Positions 20,504 through 30,708 of a stretch of 64,000 bases of DNA are shown here, one piece after another (within the stretch, counting starts at the first letter, position 1; each line of letters begins with the position of its first letter). The stretch covers positions 4,920 through 68,919 of the forward strand of contig JANXBG010000004.1 of assembly GCA_025060715.1 (NCBI GenBank), written 5' to 3'. Under the pieces are notes generated by a model. That model did no database searches. It had not been told where the DNA came from and was given only the letters and a program-made list of their open reading frames with translations. Source of the stretch: a candidate division WOR-3 bacterium. GTDB lineage: Bacteria; Hydrothermota; Tepidihabitantia; Tepidihabitantales; DTDR01. The position numbers and the translations under genes are program-made.

Positions 20504-21538
20504 TTAGGGAATAGTAATGTCTTCTTCTTTGTCTTTAAAAATCAGTTTATATCTTTTTTCTGGTTTTATTAAATTTTTAGGTTCACCAAGGATTTCAAAA
20601 CGGACCAAGGTGGATTTATACCAGGCAACTTCTTTTTGAGAAGGCTTCAAGGCAATTTTTAATTTTTTTAATAAAATTTCTTCACAATTAAAGGTTTCGT
20701 AACTATTCACGGGATAAGAGGAAAAACCTTTTATTATATCAGTAATCACTCCGTTTGATTTATTAATAAACTTTTGGATATACTGCCATTTGGGATAGGA
20801 AGCCTCTTGAATAGTAAGACCAAAATAGCCAACCCCTTTTTTCTTCAAAGCATTTATTCCCCGGCCGATAAATAACTTTAAACCACTATAAGTTTCTAAG
20901 GGCTCACAAGAGAAGACATCAAATTTCTTTAGTAATTTCTTGGGAAAAGGTTCACTAATATTATATTCAAAAATCTCGATATTAAAATTGTATTTTTTAG
21001 CTATATCCTTTAAAAAATTAACCAATCTTTTATCGATATCCAAAACCACTATTCTTTTTGGTAATTTAGTTAAAGCCAAAGCGATACTTAACAAATCATC
21101 ATCGCCAATAATAATAATATTTTTATCTTTTAAATCATTATAGGAATGCATAAAAATAATTCTTCTTATTACATCCTCTTCGTTCATATATCCTTGGATA
21201 TAATCAACAATTGGTTGGGGTCTTTCTTTTACCAATTCTTTAAATTTTTCTAAAATTTCTTGAAAATCTTCGTTAATAAGAATTCTCTTTCCTAAACAAT
21301 TTTCACAAAAGTTAATTTTAAAGGGTGATTTTATTTTTGAATAAAACTCCTTTCCCTTTTCCGTCAAAATTAGGTGAGAATTTTCATTACTAATTATTTT
21401 ATCTTTTACTAATCTGTTTAAAACTTTTACTATCTCCTTTAAAGGATAATAATCAGCCAAATATTCTAAAAGTTCAGGAAACAAAGCTTTTTCTTTTTCA
21501 CCAATAAAATTAATTATATGAGAAATTACTTTTTCCAT
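20504..21538 (-). CDS. Putative aminopropyltransferase of the DUF43/BpsA type (branched-chain polyamine synthase-like).
   Basis: 344 aa with a Rossmann-like ..IIIIGDDDLLSIALA.. segment. It overlaps and is co-transcribed with speH, which supplies the dcSAM donor. The family call is tentative. Confidence 0.4.
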   Translation of the reverse strand: MEKVISHIINFIGEKEKALFPELLEYLADYYPLKEIVKVLNRLVKDKIISNENSHLILTEKGKEFYSKIKSPFKINFCENCLGKRILINEDFQEILEKFKELVKERPQPIVDYIQGYMNEEDVIRRIIFMHSYNDLKDKNIIIIGDDDLLSIALALTKLPKRIVVLDIDKRLVNFLKDIAKKYNFNIEIFEYNISEPFPKKLLKKFDVFSCEPLETYSGLKLFIGRGINALKKKGVGYFGLTIQEASYPKWQYIQKFINKSNGVITDIIKGFSSYPVNSYETFNCEEILLKKLKIALKPSQKEVAWYKSTLVRFEILGEPKNLIKPEKRYKLIFKDKEEDITIP

Positions 21539-21897
21539 AATTCTCTAATTATTATTCTTTTTTTAACTTTTTTGGGCTTTAACTTTTCTAATAAATAATT
21601 ATAAGCAATAAAAGCACTTTCATCATCTTTACAAGTAAAAATATCTATTGCTGCATAACCATATTCTGGCCAAGTATGGATACTAACATGAGATTCTTTT
21701 AATAAAAATATTCCGGTCACTCCGTGAGGATTAAATTGAAAAAATCTTGAACCAATAACCGATAATTTTGCTTTTTCTATCGCTTCCCTTAAAATTTTCT
21801 TTACAGGCTTCATATGAGAAATAATATCCTTCCTTATTCCGTAAAAATCGGCCACAATATGGACCGTCTTTTTTTGATTTATATAAGCATCGGCCAT
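21526..21897 (-). CDS. speH: S-adenosylmethionine decarboxylase proenzyme (pyruvoyl-dependent, SpeH/SpeD small type).
   Basis: It has the ..ESHVSIHTWPE.. self-cleavage motif and is 123 aa. Confidence 0.85.
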   Translation of the reverse strand: MADAYINQKKTVHIVADFYGIRKDIISHMKPVKKILREAIEKAKLSVIGSRFFQFNPHGVTGIFLLKESHVSIHTWPEYGYAAIDIFTCKDDESAFIAYNYLLEKLKPKKVKKRIIIRELWKK

Positions 21898-22683
21898 CTT
21901 CCTTATCCATACTTACCTAACCCTTTATAATTATAATAAATATTATAATAAATATAGTCAAAAACTGTCTTTTTGTCAAGGGAAAGAATAAATATTAAAA
22001 TAAGATTAAAAAAAGAACACTTTAAGACTAAAATAAAATAGAATAAAATAAAAAATTTTTGTCCAGCATAACTGGACTTATAAGCAAAAATTTTTTACTC
22101 ACGTATAATATGACATAAAGTATCTCAAAATAGGAGAATTTGCTTTTATTGCTTCTTTTGATGATGAAATTAAAGATGTAGAAAAAAATAAAGATGTTTT
22201 TTGGCAAGAATTTGGCAGTAATAATGTGATATAAAATATTTGATAAAACTGATGATGAAGAATTTTATATTTTTTAATAGTAAGTGTTATAATACTCAAA
22301 AACCTCATTCTGGCTAATGAATATAATTTTATTTTACTTTATTTGATAAAACCAAACTTTGTCAATTATACTCCTGATTATTGCTACTTTATTGCTGGTA
22401 AAGATGTTTAGTAAGTAAAGCAGAATAATTCCTTATCAGTTCGTATGTAATTTTCAAATCATAATAATTATACACACCTCATTTTTTTCAACCTCACCAA
22501 TAACATTCCTTTATTTTTATCTTTATCTTAAACTCATAATCTCCCTGCTCATTCATATCCATACTAGTATTAAGGATAGAAAAAATAAACCTAAAAGTCA
22601 CTTAATAACAAAAATAAAATAACTACATTTTTTAACTAACTAGAAACCACAATCTCATCTCATTAAACCTTGACTTTTTAAAA

Positions 22684-23541
22684 ATGTTCTTTAAAATTAA
22701 AGAAAAAATGAAAAAACCGTTTTTTAGTTTCAAAAATATTGAAATTTATAATGATGACTTTTTGACAACAGAATATCTAAAAGAAAATACTATTGATTTA
22801 ATTGTCACTTCGCCACCTTATAATGTTGATATAAAATATCTTTCTTACGATGATAATATTCCTTACGATGTATATTTAGAATTTACTTATAAGTGGTTAG
22901 AAAAAGCTTATAAATTGTTGAAAGATGATGGAAGACTTTGCCTTAACATACCCCTTGATAAAAATAAAGGTGGCCAACAAAGTGTTTATGCCGATATCGT
23001 CACAATTGCTAAAAAAGTAGGATTTAAATATCACTCAACGATTATTTGGAATGAACAAAATATCTCAAAAAGAACTGCTTGGGGCTCTTGGCTTTCTGCT
23101 GCAGCACCTTATGTTATTGCCCCTGTGGAAATGATTGCTATTTTATATAAAAAAAGGTGGAAAAAAACAAGTGGAAGCAGAATATCAGATATAACAAAAC
23201 AAGAATTTATTGAATGGACAAATGGTGTTTGGACCTTCATAGGTGAAAGTAAAAAAAGAGTCAAACATCCTGCTCCCTTTCCTGTGGAATTACCTAAAAG
23301 ATGTATAAAACTTTTCTCCTTTGTGGGTGATACTGTATTAGACCCCTTTTTAGGAAGTGGTTCTACTTTGATTGCTTGCGTATTAACGAATAGAAAAGGT
23401 ATTGGAATAGAAATAGAAAAACACTATTGTGAAATCGCAAAGAATAGATTATTAAAAGAAATACCTTATAAAATATCTCACAAGCAAGAAAAAAGAAGTT
23501 CCTTAAACTCTTCTTTATTAGATATTAGAGAAAGTCAGTAA
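22684..23541 (+). CDS. DNA methyltransferase, beta-class amino-MTase (N4-cytosine or N6-adenine).
   Basis: Motif IV SPPY lies at the N-terminus and motif I VLDPFLGSGST at the C-terminus, the circularly permuted beta order. The gene abuts the HNH gene by 0 nt. Confidence 0.85.
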   Translation: MFFKIKEKMKKPFFSFKNIEIYNDDFLTTEYLKENTIDLIVTSPPYNVDIKYLSYDDNIPYDVYLEFTYKWLEKAYKLLKDDGRLCLNIPLDKNKGGQQSVYADIVTIAKKVGFKYHSTIIWNEQNISKRTAWGSWLSAAAPYVIAPVEMIAILYKKRWKKTSGSRISDITKQEFIEWTNGVWTFIGESKKRVKHPAPFPVELPKRCIKLFSFVGDTVLDPFLGSGSTLIACVLTNRKGIGIEIEKHYCEIAKNRLLKEIPYKISHKQEKRSSLNSSLLDIRESQ

Positions 23542-24141
23542 ATGACAAAAAAAAGAATAACAATTTCTGATTTGATAATGGAATATTTCCAAAAACATAT
23601 TAAACAAGAATTACCGCACGGCCCTGTAGTGGATTATGTAGAAGAAAAATATAAAAAACTTTATAATAAAAAACCTCGTGATACTTGGCGTCAAATAAGA
23701 AGACTACATCAAGAGGGAATTTTAATAAAAGTAAAGAAAGGAGTTTATATGTATGATCCGGATAAAATAACTAAAAAAGAATTATTTGAATTTCCACCCG
23801 AGGTAAAAGAAGAAATTTTTAAAAGAGATGGTTATAGATGTGTAGTATGTGGAAGAGGAAGAGAAGACGGAGTAGAAATTCATGCTGACCATAGACTCCC
23901 TCTTGATAAAGGCGGAACTAACACAATAGAAAATGGTCAAACTTTATGTTCCGAGCATAATTTCCTAAAAAAGAATTACTCTCAAACTGAGTTTGGAAAA
24001 AGATTTTTAATAAAGTTATATGAAGAAGCTGTAAAAAAGAATGACCAAAGAATGATTAATTTTTGTAAAGAAATTTTTGATCTTTATAATAAATACGGAA
24101 TAAATAGCCATATAAAAAGACCAAATAAGGAGCACAAATGA
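23542..24141 (+). CDS. HNH-family endonuclease, the probable Type II restriction enzyme partner of the adjacent MTase.
   Basis: It has a CxxC...HADH..N..N...CSEHN beta-beta-alpha-Me motif and an N-terminal winged-helix-like region. Its start follows the MTase stop codon directly. Confidence 0.75.
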   Translation: MTKKRITISDLIMEYFQKHIKQELPHGPVVDYVEEKYKKLYNKKPRDTWRQIRRLHQEGILIKVKKGVYMYDPDKITKKELFEFPPEVKEEIFKRDGYRCVVCGRGREDGVEIHADHRLPLDKGGTNTIENGQTLCSEHNFLKKNYSQTEFGKRFLIKLYEEAVKKNDQRMINFCKEIFDLYNKYGINSHIKRPNKEHK

Positions 24142-24441
24142 ACCCAACAAAATTGTTAAAAAATTTGGGCATAAAGCCTGATGAGCCAATTCTTCAAATC
24201 ACCGCAGAAGAAGCCTTGGAAAATCTTTTGGAAGCAATAAAGGAATACTGCCCACATCTAAAATTGGAAAAAAATAAGTAAAGAAGATTTATTAACTCTC
24301 CTTAAAAATTATGCCAATTGCGTTGTTCTCTACCACCCCGAAAACTATCACCAAGAAAGAGACACATTAATTGAAAATTTTGAAATATTAAAAAAATATG
24401 GCCTAAAAGAAAGTGACTTTTATTGCTTTGACTTTTCTTAA
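24138..24441 (+). pseudogene. Small ORF (48 aa, ATGA-coupled to the HNH gene stop) whose reading frame continues in +1 for another 53 codons after an A7 run. It is a possible frameshifted gene of about 100 aa.
   Basis: ORF 24138-24281 ends just after the A7 run at 24268-24274. The +1 frame is then open to 24441 (..EDLLTLLKNYANCVVLYHPENYHQERDTLIENFEILKKYGL..) with no start codon of its own. Confidence 0.2.
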
Positions 24442-25213
24442 ATAAGATAAATAAACCCTTCAAAATCTAAAATCATTAAAATCTCTATCCCAATCATCTA
24501 AAATTAACAATTTTAATTCTTTATTAATTTACAATATTTAAAAGTTCTTTATATGAAAACTTTTTACTTTTGATAGTTTCCAAATAAATTATTGAAATTT
24601 AATAACTTAAATAACTTTAGTTTAAAGATAAGAAACTATCTAATATACCACTCTTTATTCTAAGTATAATTTTAAGTAATGGTTAAGAAATCTTTAACAG
24701 CCATAGATGGCAATAATTAGAAATAATTAAAAATGTTTTGCTTAATAATAAAAAATATCTTGAACAAGAATATCTTATATACAAACCTAAAAATTACCCT
24801 ATTGCTTTGTTATCTTTCTTATGGTAGTATAGTTCTTAGAGTGATAAATTATTAATCTCTTCAAGTCGGTTCTTTATTGGATATTTAAGTTAATATTTTT
24901 CTACTTTCTACTAAAAATAACTTCAGATATGGATATTTAATTTTTGGCCACAATAAAGTTATTAAGTAAGGATGGTATTGTTTTTAATTAATAATCAAAT
25001 GAAAACATTTTGGAAGATTTGATAAGAGGAAATGATTGCTTTCCAGTTAAATTTTCAAATTTGATAACAAAATTTTTCTTTGGATAAAATGCAAAAGGTT
25101 TTGGTTATTTATAAGAAAATTAAATGATAATTGCAACAAAATTATGGTGAAATCTTTGACAAATATAATATTTATTATTGATTTTTTTATTTGAAAAATT
25201 TATAATATAAGCA

Positions 25214-26641
25214 ATGTTAATTAATTTTTTTATTATATTTTTCTTTTTCTTCTCTTTAAATTATGGAGAAACGACTTCTACTTATTTAAGAAAATCAATC
25301 AGTTATTATGAAGGCTTTATATTACAAAGAAATTTAAATATCCCAAAAAATTTTCTTGATACTTTATTTTCCAACTTAAAAAAGACAATATTTTTAGAAA
25401 GGTTTGATTATAATCCTATTCCTAAATATCTTCAAGAAAAAGTAAGTTATCAAATGGCATTATTAGATACTTTAAATCTAGAGAGAATAAGTAATATCTT
25501 GGAAAAAGAATTTGTTCCTGAAATTGTAAAAATCTTAGATGCAGCAAAAGAGATAAGGGCAAGGGAGTTTGTCAGTAGGGAAGAAAGGGTAAACTTCTTA
25601 ACCACGAAAGCAAAAGAGATTGGTGTTACTGCTGATGATATTGAAAAAGTTTTAAATGCTGGTTATATCTTTGTTCCTTTTATAAATAATTACTCGGTAA
25701 TAAGAGAAAAAGATTTGATAACTGTGAATTTGGGTGGTGGATTAATTTGGTATAATGTCTCAATACGTTTCTCACCACCAAAACTTATTCCGGTGGTAAA
25801 AAAATCAACCTCGGCTTTTGGTATTGCCAATATAAAAAAGAGTTATTTTACTCTTGGTAGAACTCTTAATGCCGAAGAATACGCCCAATATTCAGCAATG
25901 AATGCCTTTTTAAAAAATTTAGAGGTTTTAACAAAAGAGATTCCCGATTTTAGATTATCCAGTGATATTATTTCAGCCTATAAAAATGAGATAACTTTTA
26001 GATTGGGAAATAAAGAGGGAATAAAAGTTGATGATAAGTTTAACATTGTTGAATTTTATGAGGACGAACAGGGAATAAGAAGACCAAAAAATGTTGGTTA
26101 TTGTTTAGTAAGTAAGGTCGGCAATAATAAGGTTGATATAAACAACTATTCTATTGCTAAAAAATATTTAGGAAAATGTGAAGCCGGAATGACTTTATTA
26201 GAAAGGCCAAGATTACCCATAGATATCTTACTCCGTTTTGTAATTTTAAAAGAAAAATTTAGTATTGATTTAGAGTTTGATTATAATGTTGGCAGATATT
26301 TCCATTTCCCCCAGTTTTTTACAACCTTTAATCTTCTTTTTAGTTCTAAAAAAGAGGATGATACAACTAAAATTATCTTAAAAGAGATTGGTTTCGGCTT
26401 AATAAAGAAATTTAATATCTCTTTCTTATCTTTTGGTTTAGAAGGAAAAGGGAAAATTACCGATGAAGGGATAAAACTAGAAGGAAAAGGAATTTTAGAG
26501 TTCTTTTTATTAGCCGATTTGAAATTAGGAGCAAAAGTTGGTTATGATGGAGATATTAATTATGGATTCCATTTAAATTACAATCCACCAACTTTACCTT
26601 TTGACCCCTTTTCATTATTTCGGGGATTATTTGGGTTATAA
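25214..26641 (+). CDS. Hypothetical secreted protein (475 aa).
   Basis: It has an N-terminal hydrophobic signal. No recognisable catalytic motif. Confidence 0.45.
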   Translation: MLINFFIIFFFFFSLNYGETTSTYLRKSISYYEGFILQRNLNIPKNFLDTLFSNLKKTIFLERFDYNPIPKYLQEKVSYQMALLDTLNLERISNILEKEFVPEIVKILDAAKEIRAREFVSREERVNFLTTKAKEIGVTADDIEKVLNAGYIFVPFINNYSVIREKDLITVNLGGGLIWYNVSIRFSPPKLIPVVKKSTSAFGIANIKKSYFTLGRTLNAEEYAQYSAMNAFLKNLEVLTKEIPDFRLSSDIISAYKNEITFRLGNKEGIKVDDKFNIVEFYEDEQGIRRPKNVGYCLVSKVGNNKVDINNYSIAKKYLGKCEAGMTLLERPRLPIDILLRFVILKEKFSIDLEFDYNVGRYFHFPQFFTTFNLLFSSKKEDDTTKIILKEIGFGLIKKFNISFLSFGLEGKGKITDEGIKLEGKGILEFFLLADLKLGAKVGYDGDINYGFHLNYNPPTLPFDPFSLFRGLFGL

Positions 26642-26696
26642 ATATGTTTAAAAATTGGCAAAAAGTTAGAAAAAGTGAAAGTTTAAGGAGGAGTTT

Positions 26697-27938
26697 ATGA
26701 AAAAAATAAAAACTTTAACATTAATTTTATTTAGTATAATTTTAATTATTTCTTGTCCCAAAAGACCGATGGTGCCGGCAACTGGTGAAGCAACTTTTGT
26801 TGAAACCTATTCACCAGCAGAAGTCGTTATTTTAGCAACCGGTGTTGGTAAAAACTTAGTTGAGGCAGAGAGAGATGCCCGTTATCAAGCAGTCCACTTT
26901 GTCCTCCTTGGCGGAACTGACCCAATCTTACAAAGAGAAGAAGAAAAGATAAGATTTGAAGGAATCAAGGAACTGGTTTTAAATAAAGATTCGGTAGTCA
27001 AATTTATCAGTTGGGAAGATGATAAATATCAAAAAAGGATAAAACTGGCTGATGGCAGATTAAAGATAAGCAAATTAATGAGGGTAAATAAAAGAATATT
27101 AACTGAATATTTAGTAAGCAAAGGAGTAATTAAAGCAGTTGAAGAGATTTCCGAAGAGATTGGCACTCCCTTTGTAATGGTTATTCCTCAAGTTAGCAAA
27201 GATGAAAGCCCGATTGATAAATTACAGACCAGTTTCTTACATAGAAAGGCAGCCCAGATTATTGAATCCTTCTTAACCGCAAGAAAATATAATGTGAGTG
27301 TGCCGGATGCCACTGTTCAGATTAACGAACTTGTTTCGGCTTTAGGAGAAGAAAGAAAAATAAAAGAAGACATCTCTTATTTGTATGCCTTGACAATCGG
27401 TTCAGATATTTATATCACCTTTACTGTAGATGTTACCAGTGGCCGCTACGGAACAAAGAAAGCATCGGTGGGTATACGAATTTATGAGACAACAACCGGC
27501 AGACTTTTAGGAACAGAAACTGGCTATAGTCCAGAAGTAGCAACAACTTCTGACCAAGTAGTATTAGAAAGTGCCATTAATGATTGTATGGATAGGGTAT
27601 TATCAAGAATGACCAATTATTGGAAAGATGATATTAAATATGGACTCCAATATAAAATCGTTATCAAATTCCCAACCGGTATTTCTTCGGAGAGATTAGA
27701 GAAGATGCAATTTGCCCTTTTAGATATACTAAAAGAAGGTGCAAATAAAAGCAAAGAGAATATTATCTCAGAAAGAACCGTTGACTTACTTATCTGGGCA
27801 AAAAGGGATAAATTTCCTGAAGCCAGGTCAATATACTCTTATCTAAAAGAGCGATTTAGTAGCAGTTTTTCGGGTTACACTTTAAGCCGAATAACCTTAA
27901 ATAGAAAACTCCTTGTCTGCGAAGTGAAAAAAGGATAA
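26697..27938 (+). CDS. Hypothetical lipoprotein (413 aa).
   Basis: It has a strong SD (AAGGAGG) and a signal peptide with an IISC lipobox. Confidence 0.5.
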   Translation: MKKIKTLTLILFSIILIISCPKRPMVPATGEATFVETYSPAEVVILATGVGKNLVEAERDARYQAVHFVLLGGTDPILQREEEKIRFEGIKELVLNKDSVVKFISWEDDKYQKRIKLADGRLKISKLMRVNKRILTEYLVSKGVIKAVEEISEEIGTPFVMVIPQVSKDESPIDKLQTSFLHRKAAQIIESFLTARKYNVSVPDATVQINELVSALGEERKIKEDISYLYALTIGSDIYITFTVDVTSGRYGTKKASVGIRIYETTTGRLLGTETGYSPEVATTSDQVVLESAINDCMDRVLSRMTNYWKDDIKYGLQYKIVIKFPTGISSERLEKMQFALLDILKEGANKSKENIISERTVDLLIWAKRDKFPEARSIYSYLKERFSSSFSGYTLSRITLNRKLLVCEVKKG

Positions 27939-28018
27939 AAATAATATTAAAACACTCTTTTTATTGTAAACTGAGGAGTAAAGTAAGAATATTGTTCTTT
28001 AATATTTCTTTATTTTAA

Positions 28019-28201
28019 CTATTTTTGAGGTAAGATATATAATACATTATTTAATGGAATAACTGCCTCTTGTTGCTTTCTCAACTCTTCGGGCAAATTT
28101 TCTACATTAAATTTAACACCCACTGCCTTTATGCAGTTATCTTTTATCGTATATCCCTCACACTCACAATAACCACCTGACTTTAAATAGATTATCGGCA
28201 T
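28019..28201 (-). CDS. Small Cys-containing protein (60 aa) translationally coupled downstream of the acyl-CoA dehydrogenase.
   Basis: It has GGYCECEG and a further Cys and lies 2 nt after the ACAD stop. No family was recognised. Confidence 0.3.
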   Translation of the reverse strand: MPIIYLKSGGYCECEGYTIKDNCIKAVGVKFNVENLPEELRKQQEAVIPLNNVLYILPQK

Positions 28202-28203
28202 AA

Positions 28204-29406
28204 TTATCCTTTATAAGGAGGTAAATTACATCTTAATGGTTTATCTATTCTCAAACCTAAGGCATAATCGGCTTGGATAATTTTATGGATTTCTCTTGAA
28301 CCTTCATAAATCTGGGCACCTTTAGCATTTCTATAGAATCTTTCAACCGGATATTCATCAGAAAATCCATAAGCACCATGGATTTGAACCGCATTTGATG
28401 CGGCTCTTTCTGCTGCTTCACAGGCATAATACTTTGCCATTGAAGTTTCTCTTGTATTTCTTATTCCTTGATTTTTCATCCACCCTGCTTTTAAATATAA
28501 GAGTCGTGAAACCTCATAGTCAACTGCCATCTGACAGATCATTTCTTTTATCAATTGATGATAACCGATAGGGCTTCCAAAAGTCTTTCTCTCATTGGCA
28601 TATTTTACTGACCAATCTAAACAAGCCCTAATTAAGCCAGTAGCACCAGCAGCCACTGTATACCTCCCTTGGTCAATAGCAAACATTGCTATCTTAAACC
28701 CTTCACCCTCTTCACCTAAAAGGTTTTCCTTAGGAACTTCTACGTCGGTTAAAGAGATAGAACCGGTATTTCCGGCTCTAATACCCAATTTGTTATGAAT
28801 TGTTGCTGTTTCTAAACCTTTCATCCCCCTTTCAACAATAAAAGCACTTATTCCGGAATGGTCTCTTTTCTTTTTCTTTTCCCAATCAGTCCAAGCAAAA
28901 ATGATAAAATTATCCGCTACATCAGCTAAACTAATCCACATTTTTTCACCATTTAAAATATAATAATCTCCTCTCTTTTCAGCCCTTGTTTCAATCGCCA
29001 CTGCATCACTTCCAGCATTTGGTTCAGTTAAACCAAAAGTTCCAATTTTTTCACCCTTCGCTTGCGGTATTAAATATTTCTTCTTCTGTTCTTCATTTCC
29101 CCAAGTTAATAATGTTAAACTATTTAAACCAATGTGAACCGAAAGAATCACCCTTAAAGAAGTATCTACATATTCCAACTCTTCACAAACAAGCCCTAAA
29201 GTGATGTAGTCACAATAAACACCACCATACTCTTCTGGGATTGTCAAACCTAAAAGCCCAAGTTCTGCCATTTTTTTTAAGATACTCCTATCAAAAGTCT
29301 GTGCCCGATCTAAATCTCTAATTCTTGGCAAAATCTCTTTTTGGGCAAAATCTCTTGCTATTTTCTGAATCATCAACTGCTCTTCAGTGAAAGAAAAATC
29401 AATCAT
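28204..29406 (-). CDS. Acyl-CoA dehydrogenase family protein (short-chain or glutaryl-CoA type).
   Basis: 400 aa with the N-, middle- and C-domain pattern of ACADs (..FTEEQ..GLLG..YGG.., ..IYEGS.EI..). Confidence 0.85.
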   Translation of the reverse strand: MIDFSFTEEQLMIQKIARDFAQKEILPRIRDLDRAQTFDRSILKKMAELGLLGLTIPEEYGGVYCDYITLGLVCEELEYVDTSLRVILSVHIGLNSLTLLTWGNEEQKKKYLIPQAKGEKIGTFGLTEPNAGSDAVAIETRAEKRGDYYILNGEKMWISLADVADNFIIFAWTDWEKKKKRDHSGISAFIVERGMKGLETATIHNKLGIRAGNTGSISLTDVEVPKENLLGEEGEGFKIAMFAIDQGRYTVAAGATGLIRACLDWSVKYANERKTFGSPIGYHQLIKEMICQMAVDYEVSRLLYLKAGWMKNQGIRNTRETSMAKYYACEAAERAASNAVQIHGAYGFSDEYPVERFYRNAKGAQIYEGSREIHKIIQADYALGLRIDKPLRCNLPPYKG

Positions 29407-30707
29407 CTCTCCTCCTTTATAACCCTTCTAAAAATTTCTTCTACATTTCTTAATAAATATTTTACATCCAAAAACTCTTTTAACTCTTCTTCATTTAAGT
29501 ATCTTTTTATCTCTTCATCCTCTTTAATAACTTCCAAAAAACTTTTATCTTTTTCCATTGCCAAAAAAGAAAGTTTTTGGACCAAATCATAGGCTACACT
29601 TCTTTTTAACCCTTTTTTCATTAATAAAATTAAAAGAATAGAAGAGAAATATAAATCTTTTGCCTTCCAAAGATTTTCTTTCATTTTCTCTTCATTTACT
29701 TTTAAATTATTGAAAATAAATATCATTCTTTCGGTAATATAGTGTAAAAGAATTAAGACATTAGGGAAAACAATTCTTTCATTTGCAGAATTTGTCAAAT
29801 CCCTTTCGTGCCAAAGGGAGATATTTTCTAAAGCAGGAAAAATTAAGCTTCTTATATATCTTGCTAAACTTACTATCCTTTCGCATAAGATTGGGTTTCT
29901 TTTATGAGGCATTGCTGAAGACCCTTTTTGTCTTTCTAGGAAAGGTTCATTAACTTCATCAATTTCGCTTCTTTGTAAATTTCTAATTTCCGTTGCTATC
30001 CTTTCAAAAGAAGAGGCAACAATTGCGCAAACACTGACTAAATAGGCATATCTATCTCTAGGAACAATTTGAGTGGAAACCGGCTCAACTTTTAGATTTA
30101 ATCTTCTTAAAACTTCTTTTTCTACTTCGGGGCTTAAGGTGGAATAGGTGCCAACCGCTCCCGAGATTTTACCGTAGGAAATCTCTTCTCTTGCTCTTTC
30201 TAACCTATTTATATTTCTATCCATTTCACAATAGAAAGAAAGAAGCTTTAAACCAAAAGTAATTGGTTCAGCAAAAATTCCGTGGGTTCTTCCCATCATT
30301 GCTAAATCTTTATATTTTAGCGCCAAATTTTTTACTATCTCTTTTAATTTTTTAAGGGAGTTAATAACTATATCTAAACCATCTCTTAATTGTAATGCCC
30401 AAGCAGTATCAACAATATCATAGGAAGTTAATCCATAATGGAGATAACTTTTTGCCCTTTCATCTCTTAAATGATTTTCAATAGATTTCAAAAAGGCGAT
30501 TACATCGTGTCCTGTTTCTTTTTCCAACTCTTTTATTTCTGATAAAGAAAAGCTTGCCTTTTTAATCTCTTCTGCACATTCTTTTGGTATAATTCCCATT
30601 TCTCCTTGAACTTCGGCAACTGTCTTTTCTACTAAAAACCAGTATTCAAAACGTTTCTCTTCTTTCCATAAGTCGGCCATCTCTTTTGTTAAATATCTCT
30701 CAATCAT
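29403..30707 (-). CDS. purB: Adenylosuccinate lyase.
   Basis: 434 aa in the fumarase/ASL fold. The N-terminus MIERYLTKEMADLWKEE.. is typical of PurB, and the SSAMPHKRNP signature loop is present. Confidence 0.9.
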   Translation of the reverse strand: MIERYLTKEMADLWKEEKRFEYWFLVEKTVAEVQGEMGIIPKECAEEIKKASFSLSEIKELEKETGHDVIAFLKSIENHLRDERAKSYLHYGLTSYDIVDTAWALQLRDGLDIVINSLKKLKEIVKNLALKYKDLAMMGRTHGIFAEPITFGLKLLSFYCEMDRNINRLERAREEISYGKISGAVGTYSTLSPEVEKEVLRRLNLKVEPVSTQIVPRDRYAYLVSVCAIVASSFERIATEIRNLQRSEIDEVNEPFLERQKGSSAMPHKRNPILCERIVSLARYIRSLIFPALENISLWHERDLTNSANERIVFPNVLILLHYITERMIFIFNNLKVNEEKMKENLWKAKDLYFSSILLILLMKKGLKRSVAYDLVQKLSFLAMEKDKSFLEVIKEDEEIKRYLNEEELKEFLDVKYLLRNVEEIFRRVIKEER

Positions 30708-30708
30708 T

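Noticed and set aside
22052-22070. Perfect hairpin GTCCAGcataaCTGGAC in the island flank.
   Set aside because: It is isolated, is not followed by a T-run on either strand, and has no adjacent gene end. No interpretable function.
22099-22308. 69-aa minus-strand ORF in the AT-rich flank upstream of the MTase, plus a roughly 40-codon plus-strand open frame (22120-22245) with no start codon.
   Set aside because: No start/SD/promoter context and low-complexity sequence. These are most likely noise within the island flank.
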